NCBI GenBank assembly: GCA_964546655.1
Contig: CAZJKL010000006.1
Span: 1,643 to 65,642 of the forward strand
Length of the DNA: 64,000 nt
Direction: 5' to 3'
From: an uncultured Bacteroidales bacterium
Lineage (GTDB): Bacteria; Bacteroidota; Bacteroidia; Bacteroidales; CAZJKL01
The notes under the pieces were generated by a model, which saw only the letters and a program-made list of their open reading frames with translations, made no database searches and was not told where the DNA came from. The position numbers were made by a program, and so were the translations under genes. Each line of letters starts with the position of its first letter. The first letter of the stretch is position 1. Below are positions 9,367 through 18,687 of the stretch, one piece after another.

Positions 9367-10842
9367 CTAATTTTTATGAATCATAGTAAATAATTTACTC
9401 CATCTAATTTTTGAGAAAAACTGAGCCCAAGATTTATCAGGGTCTATAGAAAGCCAAATAAAAACAGCTTTCCCAACAATATGATCTTCGGGAACAAAAC
9501 CCCAATATCGAGAATCTTGTGAATTATGACGATTATCTCCCATCATCCAATAATAGTCTTGTTTAATTGTATATGTTTTAGATAATTTTCCATTAATATA
9601 AATTCCATCTTTTCTTACTTCTAATTTATTTCCTTCATATAACGTAATTACTCTATAATATAAAGGTAATACTTCATTGTTTAATTCAATAACTTCTCCT
9701 GCATAAGGAATTTTGATTGGTCCAAAGGTACTAACCGACCATTTATAATTTTCGTTATTAGGAAAAATATCTGAATTAACATAGCCTTTGTATTTAATAA
9801 TATGTTTAACAAAAGCTGCATTTCCCATTTTTTCAACTTGCTTATCTGTTAATGGCAAGACATATAAATTGCTAATATACAGTGGGCCTGATTTTATTGT
9901 GTCATATTCTGATAATGCACTTTGAATTATATCACTATAATTTCCATAATAATTTCCACCCATTTCTCTGCCTAAAGCATCATTTTGTTGATCATATAAA
10001 GATACACCTACTTCGTCAAGGTATTTTTGTCTTAATACAGATCCATCTGTAATAACTATATAATTATATTGATTCCCCTCGAAATAATCTTGTTTTTCGC
10101 CATTTATATAAAGCTGATTATCTATAATTTTTAATTCATCTCCAGGAATACCTACGCATCTTTTAACATAGTTTTCTCTTTTATCTAAAGGTCTTGCTAT
10201 TACCTCTCCTATTTTCTCGCCACCAAGCATAAAATTAGGATTAAAAACATTTCTACGTCCAAGGTTTCGAATTAAGCTATAATAACTTGAGTTTTGTCGT
10301 CCAACTGCAACGGTATCGCCTTCAGGAAAGTTAAACACAACAATATCATTTCTTTTAATTTTACTAAAGCCTGCTAGTCTTTTATAGTCCCATTTTAACC
10401 ATTCTAAATATGCAGGAGTAGATTTTGTCATTGGTAGTGTATGGTGAGTAAAAGGAACAGCTATAGGAGTAATTGGCATACGAGGGCCATAACTAACCTT
10501 GCTTACAAATAAGAAATCGCCTCTTAACAAAGTGTTTTCCATCGAAGATGTAGGTATAGTATATGCTTCTATAAAAAATAATCTTATAATATAAGCAGCT
10601 ACAACTGCAAAAATAAGAGCATCAACCCATTCGCGAGTGCTTCCTTTCTTTTCTTTTATATATTCTTTTTTCTCATCCCATCTTTTCCAAAAAAGCCATC
10701 TAACTTTTCTGAAAAAATAATGGTCAACTATCATAGGCAACCCAAGTAACCAAATATAGCTTCCAAGCCAAATAACAAAAAGTATGTAAATAGTTATAAC
10801 AATACTAAATTTGATTTTTCTATTTTTCCAAAATTTGAACAT
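9367..10842 (-). CDS. lepB: signal peptidase I
   Basis: 491 aa with N-terminal TM segments. IPTSSMENTLLRGDFLFVSK (catalytic Ser box), YVKRCVGIPGD, and GDNRHNSQDSRYWGFVPEDHIVGKA (box E). Confidence 0.9.
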   Translation of the reverse strand: MFKFWKNRKIKFSIVITIYILFVIWLGSYIWLLGLPMIVDHYFFRKVRWLFWKRWDEKKEYIKEKKGSTREWVDALIFAVVAAYIIRLFFIEAYTIPTSSMENTLLRGDFLFVSKVSYGPRMPITPIAVPFTHHTLPMTKSTPAYLEWLKWDYKRLAGFSKIKRNDIVVFNFPEGDTVAVGRQNSSYYSLIRNLGRRNVFNPNFMLGGEKIGEVIARPLDKRENYVKRCVGIPGDELKIIDNQLYINGEKQDYFEGNQYNYIVITDGSVLRQKYLDEVGVSLYDQQNDALGREMGGNYYGNYSDIIQSALSEYDTIKSGPLYISNLYVLPLTDKQVEKMGNAAFVKHIIKYKGYVNSDIFPNNENYKWSVSTFGPIKIPYAGEVIELNNEVLPLYYRVITLYEGNKLEVRKDGIYINGKLSKTYTIKQDYYWMMGDNRHNSQDSRYWGFVPEDHIVGKAVFIWLSIDPDKSWAQFFSKIRWSKLFTMIHKN

Positions 10843-10847
10843 ATTAT

Positions 10848-11570
10848 TTATTTTTTATTGTTAATTAAATCAGACATTTCATAAAAACCTTTTTTCCCAA
10901 CTAACCACTTTGCAGCTAATAAAGCTCCATTTGCAAAAATATCTCTATTTTTTGCTTTATGTTTAATTTCAAGTATTTCATCATTATTAAAATATTTAAC
11001 TGTGTGATTTCCAATTACATTCCCTTTTCTTTTTGAAATGATAGGAAGTTCTTTTGCTAAGGCTTTTTTATTATTTACAAAACTATCATAGTTAGAAGTT
11101 TGTTTTATAATATCATTTGCCAATGAAATAGCAGTTCCGCTTGGAGAATCTATTTTATTAATATGATGTGTTTCGGTAATATTTATTTTAAAAGATTTGT
11201 TGTTTATTAATGATGCTATTTTTTTATTTATTTCGAACATTATGTTAACGCCTATGCTAAAATTTGAAGCATAAAATAATGTCTTTTTATTCTTTATACA
11301 ATATTCTTTAACTTTTAAATAATCTTTATTCCATCCAGTTGTTCCAACAACAATTGGTAAATTTACATCAAAACACTTGTAAATATTTTCAACTACCGTA
11401 TTTGGACTTGTAAATTCTATTGCAATATCAGCATCTTTTAATTTACTGAAATCGAATGTTTTATAATTATTTTCATCAATAATGCTATGAATAGAATATC
11501 CATAAGAAAGGGCTATTTCTTCAATTTTCTTACCCATTTTACCATATCCCATTAAAACTATTTTAAGCAT
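10848..11570 (-). CDS. dapB: 4-hydroxy-tetrahydrodipicolinate reductase
   Basis: ORF trimmed to the ATG at 11570 (MLKIVLMGYGKMGKK), 2 nt after the upstream stop. Also VVGTTGW, SNFSIGVN, ETHHINKIDSPSGTA. Confidence 0.9.
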   Translation of the reverse strand: MLKIVLMGYGKMGKKIEEIALSYGYSIHSIIDENNYKTFDFSKLKDADIAIEFTSPNTVVENIYKCFDVNLPIVVGTTGWNKDYLKVKEYCIKNKKTLFYASNFSIGVNIMFEINKKIASLINNKSFKINITETHHINKIDSPSGTAISLANDIIKQTSNYDSFVNNKKALAKELPIISKRKGNVIGNHTVKYFNNDEILEIKHKAKNRDIFANGALLAAKWLVGKKGFYEMSDLINNKK

Positions 11571-11572
11571 TT

Positions 11573-12184
11573 TTAAAAGTTTAGAGTTAAACAAATTTGG
11601 CCAACGGGTTTTTTGTCACAAAAAGTATTAACTGTTGGGTTAATATTTAACGACAAATCATTGCTAACATCAAAAGAGTATAAATGTCCGTCAACGCTAG
11701 CATCAACAATATTTAAGGCATAAAAAGCAAAAGCAATTACAACAGATAAATCCATTTGTTTTTTCTTTTGATTCATTAATATTTTTATTTTATCATCAGA
11801 ATAATTTTCTGTTTTTTTACCTATATCATTTGTTGTTTCATCGTCATCAACACGAGAGATATATGCATCTTTTAACTCTTTATAATCAGCTTGAACCGTG
11901 CTAAAGTTATAATACGCATAAGCAAACCCACCATAAATTAGAGGAACTTTCCAATATTTTTTATTATAAACCTGACCCAATCCAGGAAGTATAGCTGAAA
12001 AATAAGTAGCTTTTTTTGGAGAATGTTGTTTTTTATAAGCCAAAGTATCAGGTGTGTTTTTGTTGTTTTTTAAACTGTCTGCCTGAGAAAAGCTATTGAA
12101 AGGTAAAAAAATTAAAGAGATAAAAATTATCTTTATAATAATTAGTATAGAAAAATTGTAATAATATTGTTTGAAAACAAACAT
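11573..12184 (-). CDS. DUF5683 domain-containing membrane protein
   Basis: 203 aa. SAILPGLGQVYNKKYWKVPLIYGGFAY matches the DUF5683 core as I recall it. Its position between parB and dapB is conserved in Bacteroidota. Confidence 0.65.
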   Translation of the reverse strand: MFVFKQYYYNFSILIIIKIIFISLIFLPFNSFSQADSLKNNKNTPDTLAYKKQHSPKKATYFSAILPGLGQVYNKKYWKVPLIYGGFAYAYYNFSTVQADYKELKDAYISRVDDDETTNDIGKKTENYSDDKIKILMNQKKKQMDLSVVIAFAFYALNIVDASVDGHLYSFDVSNDLSLNINPTVNTFCDKKPVGQICLTLNF

Positions 12185-13101
12185 TAAACAAGATTAGAGT
12201 TAATTAGCTTAATTATTCTTTCCAAGTCATCATTTGTTTTAAAAGAAATAACTATTTTCCCTTTACCTTTTCTATCGTTTTGTATATTAATACTTGATTC
12301 TAAAAAAGTAGATAATTTATTTGATAATGTTGTAATTTTTTCGTCAACAACTGATTCTTTATTTGTTTTATCGTTTTTCTTTTTAGAAGTATATGGGGTG
12401 TTTTTTAAATCTTTTACAATAGATTCTACTTGTCTAACAGATAATTCATTTTCAATAATATCGTAATAAATAGCTATTTGGGTTTCTTTATCTTCAACAT
12501 TAATTATCGCTCTTGCATGACCCATTGATATTTGATTTTTTTTAACTCCATATTGAATTTCTGGAGGTAATTTTAGCAATCTTATATAATTGGTGATAGT
12601 AGATCTTTTTTTACCAACAGTTGTACTCAAAGCTTCTTGAGTAATTTTACATTCTTCAATAAGTCTTTCGTAACTTATAGCTATTTCGATAGAATCTAAC
12701 TCTTCACGTTGAATATTTTCAACAAGAGCCATTTCTAGCATAGCTTGGTCATTAGCAACTCTAACATAAACAGGAACTTCTTTTAATCCTGCAATTTGAG
12801 AAGCTCTAAAACGTCTTTCACCACTAATAATTTGATATTTATCATAGCCTAATTTTCGAACCGTAATAGGTTGAATTATACCTAAAGCTTTTATTGATTC
12901 AGCTAATTCATCAAGAGCTTCTTGATCAAAAGTGCTTCGTGGCTGAAATGGATTTGCTTCAATTTTATCAACACTAATATTTATAACTGAGCCTAAAATA
13001 GCTTTAGCATCGCCTTGTGAAATATTGTCAGGGAAATTTGAATCAACGTTTCCTAATAGTGCATCTAATCCTCTTCCTAATGCGCGTTTTTTTTCTACCA
13101 T
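12184..13101 (-). CDS. parB: ParB/Spo0J chromosome partitioning protein
   Basis: 305 aa. LGRGLDALL, NPFQPR, GIIQPITVR, IISGERRFRASQIAGL, LVENIQREEL. Confidence 0.9.
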   Translation of the reverse strand: MVEKKRALGRGLDALLGNVDSNFPDNISQGDAKAILGSVINISVDKIEANPFQPRSTFDQEALDELAESIKALGIIQPITVRKLGYDKYQIISGERRFRASQIAGLKEVPVYVRVANDQAMLEMALVENIQREELDSIEIAISYERLIEECKITQEALSTTVGKKRSTITNYIRLLKLPPEIQYGVKKNQISMGHARAIINVEDKETQIAIYYDIIENELSVRQVESIVKDLKNTPYTSKKKNDKTNKESVVDEKITTLSNKLSTFLESSINIQNDRKGKGKIVISFKTNDDLERIIKLINSNLV

Positions 13102-13105
13102 ATCT

Positions 13106-13915
13106 TTATAAATCTTCGTTTATTGTTCTGTTCGAATTACTAATATTTGTCATATTATTTTTTTGCAATAGCTCTCGGGCAAGGTTTAAATAATTAATTG
13201 AACCTTTAGATTCAGCATCATGCATAATTATTGTTTTTCCAAAGCTAGGAGCTTCGCTCAATTTAATGTTTCTAGATATTATTGTATCAAAAACCATATC
13301 TTGAAAGTGCATTTTAACATCTTCAACAACTTGATTGCACATTCTGGTTCTTGGGTCATACATAGTAAGAAGAATACCTTCGATATCTAAGTTTTTATTT
13401 AATCTGTTTTGAACGATTTTAATTGTATTTAAGAGCTTTCCTAAACCTTCTAATGCAAAAAACTCGCATTGTACAGGTATAATAACCGAATCAGCGGCAG
13501 TTAATGCATTAACTGTTATTAATCCTAATGAAGGAGAGCAGTCAATAATGATAAAATCATAATTATCACGAATTTTATCAATTGCTAACTTCATCATTCT
13601 TTCTCTGTTAGGAAGATTAACCATTTCTATTTCAGCACCAACTAAATCTATATGAGCCGGAATAAGCTCAAGGTTTGGAGTTTCTGTAGTTAAAATTGTG
13701 TTTTTAACTTCTGCTTCTTGTAAAATAGTTTCGTAAATACTTGTTGTTATATTTCGTGGGTCAAATCCAAGTCCTGATGTTGAATTTGCTTGTGGGTCTG
13801 CGTCAATTAATAATGTTTTCTTTTCTAGAACGGCCAAACATCCTGCTAAGTTAATAGCTGTAGTTGTTTTGCCTACGCCTCCTTTTTGATTTGCTATTGC
13901 TATAACTTTTCCCAT
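13106..13915 (-). CDS. parA: ParA/Soj chromosome partitioning ATPase
   Basis: 269 aa. Deviant Walker A IANQKGGVGKTTTAINLA, LLIDADPQANST, FIIIDCSPSLG. Confidence 0.9.
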   Translation of the reverse strand: MGKVIAIANQKGGVGKTTTAINLAGCLAVLEKKTLLIDADPQANSTSGLGFDPRNITTSIYETILQEAEVKNTILTTETPNLELIPAHIDLVGAEIEMVNLPNRERMMKLAIDKIRDNYDFIIIDCSPSLGLITVNALTAADSVIIPVQCEFFALEGLGKLLNTIKIVQNRLNKNLDIEGILLTMYDPRTRMCNQVVEDVKMHFQDMVFDTIISRNIKLSEAPSFGKTIIMHDAESKGSINYLNLARELLQKNNMTNISNSNRTINEDL

Positions 13916-14017
13916 TTAATATGTATTTTAATAAAATTTTCAATATTTAAAATTTACTACAAAAGTAATAATTTATTGATAAAATCAAACTGTTTTGATT
14001 AAGTAAATGCATTAAAT

Positions 14018-14048
14018 AAAAAAGCCGGATAAACAAAATTTACCCGGC
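14018..14048 (-). terminator. weak candidate terminator after the DUF3276 gene
   Basis: gccgg (14024-28) / ccggc (14044-48) form a 5-bp GC stem with a 15-nt loop, followed on the minus strand by 6 T. The stem is short, so this is tentative. Confidence 0.35.
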
Positions 14049-14069
14049 AAAGTTTTTCTAAAATAATAT

Positions 14070-14465
14070 TTATTTTTCTAAATCTTCGAATTTGATATCA
14101 TCAGAATCTTCATTAGAAATAGGTAAGCTATCTTTAATATTATCTTGTTCTTTTCTAATAAAATTAAGTGCTTCTAATAAACCTTCTTCAAACTTATCAA
14201 AATCTTCTTTGTATAAAAATAACTTGTGTTTTTCAAAAAAGAACTCACCTTCTTTTCCAAATCTTTTTTTACTTTCTGTTATAGTTAAAAATAAATCTCT
14301 TGATTTAGTTGTTTTAACATCAAAAAAGTATGTTCTTTTTCCTGCTCTAACTGAATTTGAATAAACCTCTATTCTTTTTCCGGATTCATTGTGAAAATCA
14401 GAACCATTCATTTCGTTTCCGTCCTTATTATCTAATACTTCCATGTTTTTATAAATTAAATTCAT
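14070..14465 (-). CDS. PUR-alpha-like nucleic-acid-binding protein (DUF3276 family)
   Basis: 131 aa. SNSVRAGKRTYFFDVKTTKSRDLFLTITESKKRF...KHKLFLYKEDFDKFEEGL follows the DUF3276/PUR repeat pattern. The start could instead be the internal MEVLDNK. Confidence 0.6.
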   Translation of the reverse strand: MNLIYKNMEVLDNKDGNEMNGSDFHNESGKRIEVYSNSVRAGKRTYFFDVKTTKSRDLFLTITESKKRFGKEGEFFFEKHKLFLYKEDFDKFEEGLLEALNFIRKEQDNIKDSLPISNEDSDDIKFEDLEK

Positions 14466-14567
14466 TATTTCGACTAAAGCAAATATATGAAAAAATATTA
14501 ATAAAAAATATTTTTAAGTTTTTCTTTTTAGGGTATGAAATTTTAAAATAAAAAATAAATATCAATA

Positions 14568-15578
14568 TTAAGTTACAAGAAGTTTTTGGGTTTTCTTAAT
14601 GTTTTTATATTTTACCCGAACATAATAAACGCCTTTCTCGAGATATTTGTCAATTTTAATTTTATCTCCTGTTATGTAATTATATGAATTATACATTAGT
14701 TGCCCTGTTGTAGAAACAATTTGAATTAATATATCTTCATTTATTTCTTCTCCAAATAAAATATTTATGGTTCCGTATTCATAAATTGGATTTGGGGCTA
14801 AAATTATTTTCAGGGATCTGTTAACTATGCTAATTGTATTGGTATAGTTAAACTTTCCATCATAATCTTCCTGTCTTATTCTATAATATGAAATCCCTAA
14901 ATAAGGGTCTTCATCAATAGCAGAATAATTCCTTACGCCAGAACTATAATAACTGCCGCCTACCATCAAAACTGTTTCAAAATTTTTACCATCCAAAGAA
15001 CGTTCTAATGCAAAATATTTATTATTTATTTCGGTAGCTGTAGCCCAATTAAAATTAATTTTATTTTCTTCTCCATCAACTTTGCCTTTAAAATATAAAA
15101 ATTCAACAGGCATTGTTGTAATAGCTTCAAAAACAGAAATATCACCGTCTTTTACTTGCCAAAATTGCGTGTTTTGATTTGTTTTACCAGATATTCTTAT
15201 AATTAAAGTTTGGCCAGCTGTTAAATTTAGAGTATCATCATAATCAAAAACAGCGGCTAAACCAAGTCCAATAATCGCAGTATCAGTTACAAAACTTCCT
15301 CCATCAATACTATATTGAATATATGCAACATCATCGGCATTTAAATTTCCACTTAAATTTATTCTTATGGTAATTGGAACATAACCTGTTTGCCCAACAT
15401 TTATTAATGATGTTTGAATATAACATGAATCGTTTTTAACAGTCCATTGAGCTGGGGTTACACTACTGCATGTTCCATCGTACGAATAGGTTGCTGGCTC
15501 AGCTAAATCTAGATTATAAGTTTGAGCATATAAAAAAGTTGATAAAAAAATGAAAATCAAACAGATAATTATTCGCAT
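14568..15578 (-). CDS. secreted T9SS cargo protein (type A C-terminal sorting domain)
   Basis: 336 aa with a signal peptide ending LYAQ. N-terminal domain related to the duplicated domain of the 987-aa protein. FN3-like module NFNWATATEINNKYFALERSLDGKNFE...YYRIRQEDYDGKFNYTN. C-terminal LAPNPI...KGVYYVRVKYKN..TQKLLV sorting domain. Confidence 0.75.
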   Translation of the reverse strand: MRIIICLIFIFLSTFLYAQTYNLDLAEPATYSYDGTCSSVTPAQWTVKNDSCYIQTSLINVGQTGYVPITIRINLSGNLNADDVAYIQYSIDGGSFVTDTAIIGLGLAAVFDYDDTLNLTAGQTLIIRISGKTNQNTQFWQVKDGDISVFEAITTMPVEFLYFKGKVDGEENKINFNWATATEINNKYFALERSLDGKNFETVLMVGGSYYSSGVRNYSAIDEDPYLGISYYRIRQEDYDGKFNYTNTISIVNRSLKIILAPNPIYEYGTINILFGEEINEDILIQIVSTTGQLMYNSYNYITGDKIKIDKYLEKGVYYVRVKYKNIKKTQKLLVT

Positions 15579-15682
15579 AAATTAGAAATATATTATTTTG
15601 TTTTTATTAAAATTTATAGCGTTAAAATTAACGAATTAAAAAAGGTAATGTTTCAAAAAACAATTTGTTTATATGTTTTATT

Positions 15683-16300
15683 TTATGATTTATACTTTTT
15701 AATGTGATTTAAAGCTTCATTACCAACATTAAAAATTAAGTCTAAAACACTAAGATTTTGTTTAAATTCATTACTAAAAACTTGAATATACACTGGGTTT
15801 TCAATATTTAATTCATTTGTAAAAACCCGAAAATCTTTTATTTCTAAAGGATAATTATGAATATAATCTTTTGTAAAATTTATGGTTTGATTTAATTGAA
15901 GAATTTTTAATATTTTATTTGTTATATCAAAATTATAATCAATTAAGTAATCATATTTTTTCTCGAAAAAAACTATAAGTTCATCAATATAATATTCGAA
16001 AAATGGTGATTTATTATAAGCTGTTTTAAGAGTTTTTAGATGATTGTATTGCCAATTTTCTGCGTATGATATTTTAATCTCTTTTGTTAGTTGTTTTTTT
16101 CTGCATTTAACAACAGGCACAGTTAGTCTTGCTATTCCATTAGAAGTTAAAACTTCACATCTATTTCTTATAGTTTGTTTTGGAAAACTTTCAAATATCT
16201 CAATTGAAATACCATCACTTTGGGCAATGTGAGCAAAATATTTTATAGACCCAAAGAAAGCTGTAGGTAATATTATATTTGAACAACTATTAAGAGTCAC
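15683..16300 (-). CDS. WbqC family protein
   Basis: 205 aa, GTG start. ILPTAFFGSIKYFAHI, PKQTIRNRCEVLTSNGIARLTVPV and YNKSPFFEYY match the WbqC-like family pattern. Confidence 0.65.
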   Translation of the reverse strand: MTLNSCSNIILPTAFFGSIKYFAHIAQSDGISIEIFESFPKQTIRNRCEVLTSNGIARLTVPVVKCRKKQLTKEIKISYAENWQYNHLKTLKTAYNKSPFFEYYIDELIVFFEKKYDYLIDYNFDITNKILKILQLNQTINFTKDYIHNYPLEIKDFRVFTNELNIENPVYIQVFSNEFKQNLSVLDLIFNVGNEALNHIKKYKS

Positions 16301-16302
16301 AC

Positions 16303-17415
16303 TTAAACCATAACTGGCATAATAAGCATAATTATTTCTTCTTCGCTATCACCGTCAGAAGGAGAAATAATTCCAGCTCTATTAGGTTCAGAAAATTTAA
16401 TAGTTATGTTTTCAGTATTTATATTACTTAACATTTCAACAATAAAACGAGCATTGAACCCAATTTCTAAATCTTCGCCGTCATATTGGCAAGTTAGTCT
16501 TTCTTTTGCAGTTGTTGAAGCATCAAGATCTTCAGATGAAATATTAATTTCACTTCCAGAAATAGTTAAACGAACTTGATAAGTAACTTTATTTGCAAAG
16601 TTAATTATACGTTTAATTGAGTTCAGAAATGATATTCTGTCTATTATTAATATTTTAGAGTTATCGTAAGGGATAACTGCTTCATAATTAGGATATCTTC
16701 CTTCAATTAATTTACTAACTATTTTAGTGTCTCCGAAAGAAAACATAACGTTTTTCTCGTTATATTCAACATTTATATTAATATCTTCAGAAGAGATAAG
16801 GTTTTTAAGAATATTAAGAGGTTTAGGAGGAACTATAAAATTAACTTCTCCTTCTTCAATTTTAGTATCAGTTCTTTTGTATTTAACTAATTTATGTGCA
16901 TCTGTAGCAACAAAAATAGCTCCTTCTGAAGTAAAATAAAAATAAACTCCGTTCATCACAGGACGCATTTCGTCGGTACTTACAGCAAAAAGGGTTTTAG
17001 TTATTGCATTATATAAATTCTTTGAACTTATTAATAAATTAGAAGAATTTTCTAATTGAGGAAATTTTGGATATTCGTCACCTGGATAACCTGGCAGTTT
17101 GTATTTTCCTTCATCACTAGAAATCCCAATTTCATTAGTTTCAAAGTTTATGTTAAAATTAAGCGGAACATCAGGGAAAGTCTTAAGAATATCTGTAATT
17201 TCTTTTGGAACAGAAATAGACCCATTTTCTTCTGAATTAATTGTTATTTTTGTTATAATCGAAGTTTCAAGGTCTGATGCAGATATATATAAGTCATTGC
17301 CTTTAATATCAAATAAATAATTATCTAATATAGGTAATGTGTTTTTTGATTTAATAACTCCACTAATTGATTGAAGTTGTTTTAATAAGCTAGAGCTAGA
17401 TATTATAAAATTCAT
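16303..17415 (-). CDS. dnaN: DNA polymerase III subunit beta (sliding clamp)
   Basis: 370 aa. MNFIISSSSLLKQLQSISGVI..K.TLPILDNYLF, TDAHKLV, LIEGRYPNYEAVIP, and C-terminal IIMLIMPVMV. Confidence 0.95.
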   Translation of the reverse strand: MNFIISSSSLLKQLQSISGVIKSKNTLPILDNYLFDIKGNDLYISASDLETSIITKITINSEENGSISVPKEITDILKTFPDVPLNFNINFETNEIGISSDEGKYKLPGYPGDEYPKFPQLENSSNLLISSKNLYNAITKTLFAVSTDEMRPVMNGVYFYFTSEGAIFVATDAHKLVKYKRTDTKIEEGEVNFIVPPKPLNILKNLISSEDININVEYNEKNVMFSFGDTKIVSKLIEGRYPNYEAVIPYDNSKILIIDRISFLNSIKRIINFANKVTYQVRLTISGSEINISSEDLDASTTAKERLTCQYDGEDLEIGFNARFIVEMLSNINTENITIKFSEPNRAGIISPSDGDSEEEIIMLIMPVMV

Positions 17416-17599
17416 ATTGTTTAAAATTAAAATATGTTAGGTTATTATTAATAAAAACAAAAATATAAGATATTGCTTTTAATAATTGCTTATTCAGCAA
17501 TAAAGTTTGATTTTTTTATTAACAATAGTGTTAATAAAACATATTAAATAAAATATGTAGTTATTGAAAAATAGATGAGATTAAAAAAATATTTAATTT

Positions 17600-18559
17600 C
17601 TAAAGAATAAACTCTAAATTATTTAGAATAGATTTTATTCCATCTTCTAACTTTATAGGTTTATTTTTAATTAACTCATTCATTTTGCTAATATCTGGCA
17701 ATCTTCTTGTCATATCGCCATCTTTTAAAGGAGGTAAATGAACAATTTTTGACTTTGATTTTGTTAATTGAATAATTATTTTTGCGAGGTCAATAATTTT
17801 AATTTCTTTGTTCCCCCCAATATTAACAACATCATTAATAAATTTATTATTATAAAATGCATTTAGACACGCTTCAACATTATCAGTAACATTGCAAAAT
17901 GTTCTTGTTTGCGTTCCATCTCCATTTATTGTAATATCTTCGTTTTTAAGGGCATTGTGAATAAATTTTGAAATAACAAAATCCTTACTTTGTTTTTTAC
18001 CATATGTATTGAAAAAACGGAATATTGTAAAATTCAAATTATATTCTTGATGATATGAACGCAAGAAAGCTTCGCCAATGTTTTTAACTATTGCATAAGG
18101 TAATCTTGAGTTTAAAGGAGTTGTATGTTCGTGTTGTGGTAATTCAACTGGTTCTCCATATATCTCTGATGATGATGAATAAAAAACTCTTTTAACTCCA
18201 GTGCTTTTTGATAATTTAAGAATATTTTCTATTCCATGTAGATCATGTAATACATTAACTGGATAAAGTTGCGTTCTTAAAACTCCAACAACTGCTGCAT
18301 AATGGAAAACATAATCAAATTTATATGCTAACATTACTTCGGATATATCTTGATAATTATTAACATCGCATTTATTAAAATGCCAGTTAGAATATTCTTT
18401 TGAAGGTAATTTTTCAATGCATCCAGTTGATAAATTATCTACAATAACTACAAAATTATCATTATTTTTGATTAAACTTTCTGCTAATTCGCTCCCTATA
18501 AAACCTGCACCTCCGGTTATTAAAATTTTATTTGTGCATTTTTCAATTCTTCCATTCAT
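17600..18559 (-). CDS. NAD-dependent epimerase/dehydratase (extended SDR, nucleotide-sugar enzyme)
   Basis: 319 aa. ILITGGAGFIGSELA, SSSSEIYG, and PYAIVK (YxxxK). Substrate not assignable from sequence. Confidence 0.8.
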   Translation of the reverse strand: MNGRIEKCTNKILITGGAGFIGSELAESLIKNNDNFVVIVDNLSTGCIEKLPSKEYSNWHFNKCDVNNYQDISEVMLAYKFDYVFHYAAVVGVLRTQLYPVNVLHDLHGIENILKLSKSTGVKRVFYSSSSEIYGEPVELPQHEHTTPLNSRLPYAIVKNIGEAFLRSYHQEYNLNFTIFRFFNTYGKKQSKDFVISKFIHNALKNEDITINGDGTQTRTFCNVTDNVEACLNAFYNNKFINDVVNIGGNKEIKIIDLAKIIIQLTKSKSKIVHLPPLKDGDMTRRLPDISKMNELIKNKPIKLEDGIKSILNNLEFIL

Positions 18560-18687
18560 TGTATTCGATTGTTAGGATTCCATTATTTTTCAAGATTCTC
18601 TCTGTTTGAGAATTTTTACTGGTTGCAAAAATATAAACTAAATAAATCAAATCAAAATAAATAAATAATATTAGTAAAATATATTAC

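Noticed and set aside
17416-17599. Possible replication origin next to dnaN, with parAB and rsmG also in the window
   Set aside because: dnaA is not adjacent, and I could not find TTATCCACA-type DnaA boxes by eye in this 184-nt AT-rich spacer. This is not provable without a proper scan.
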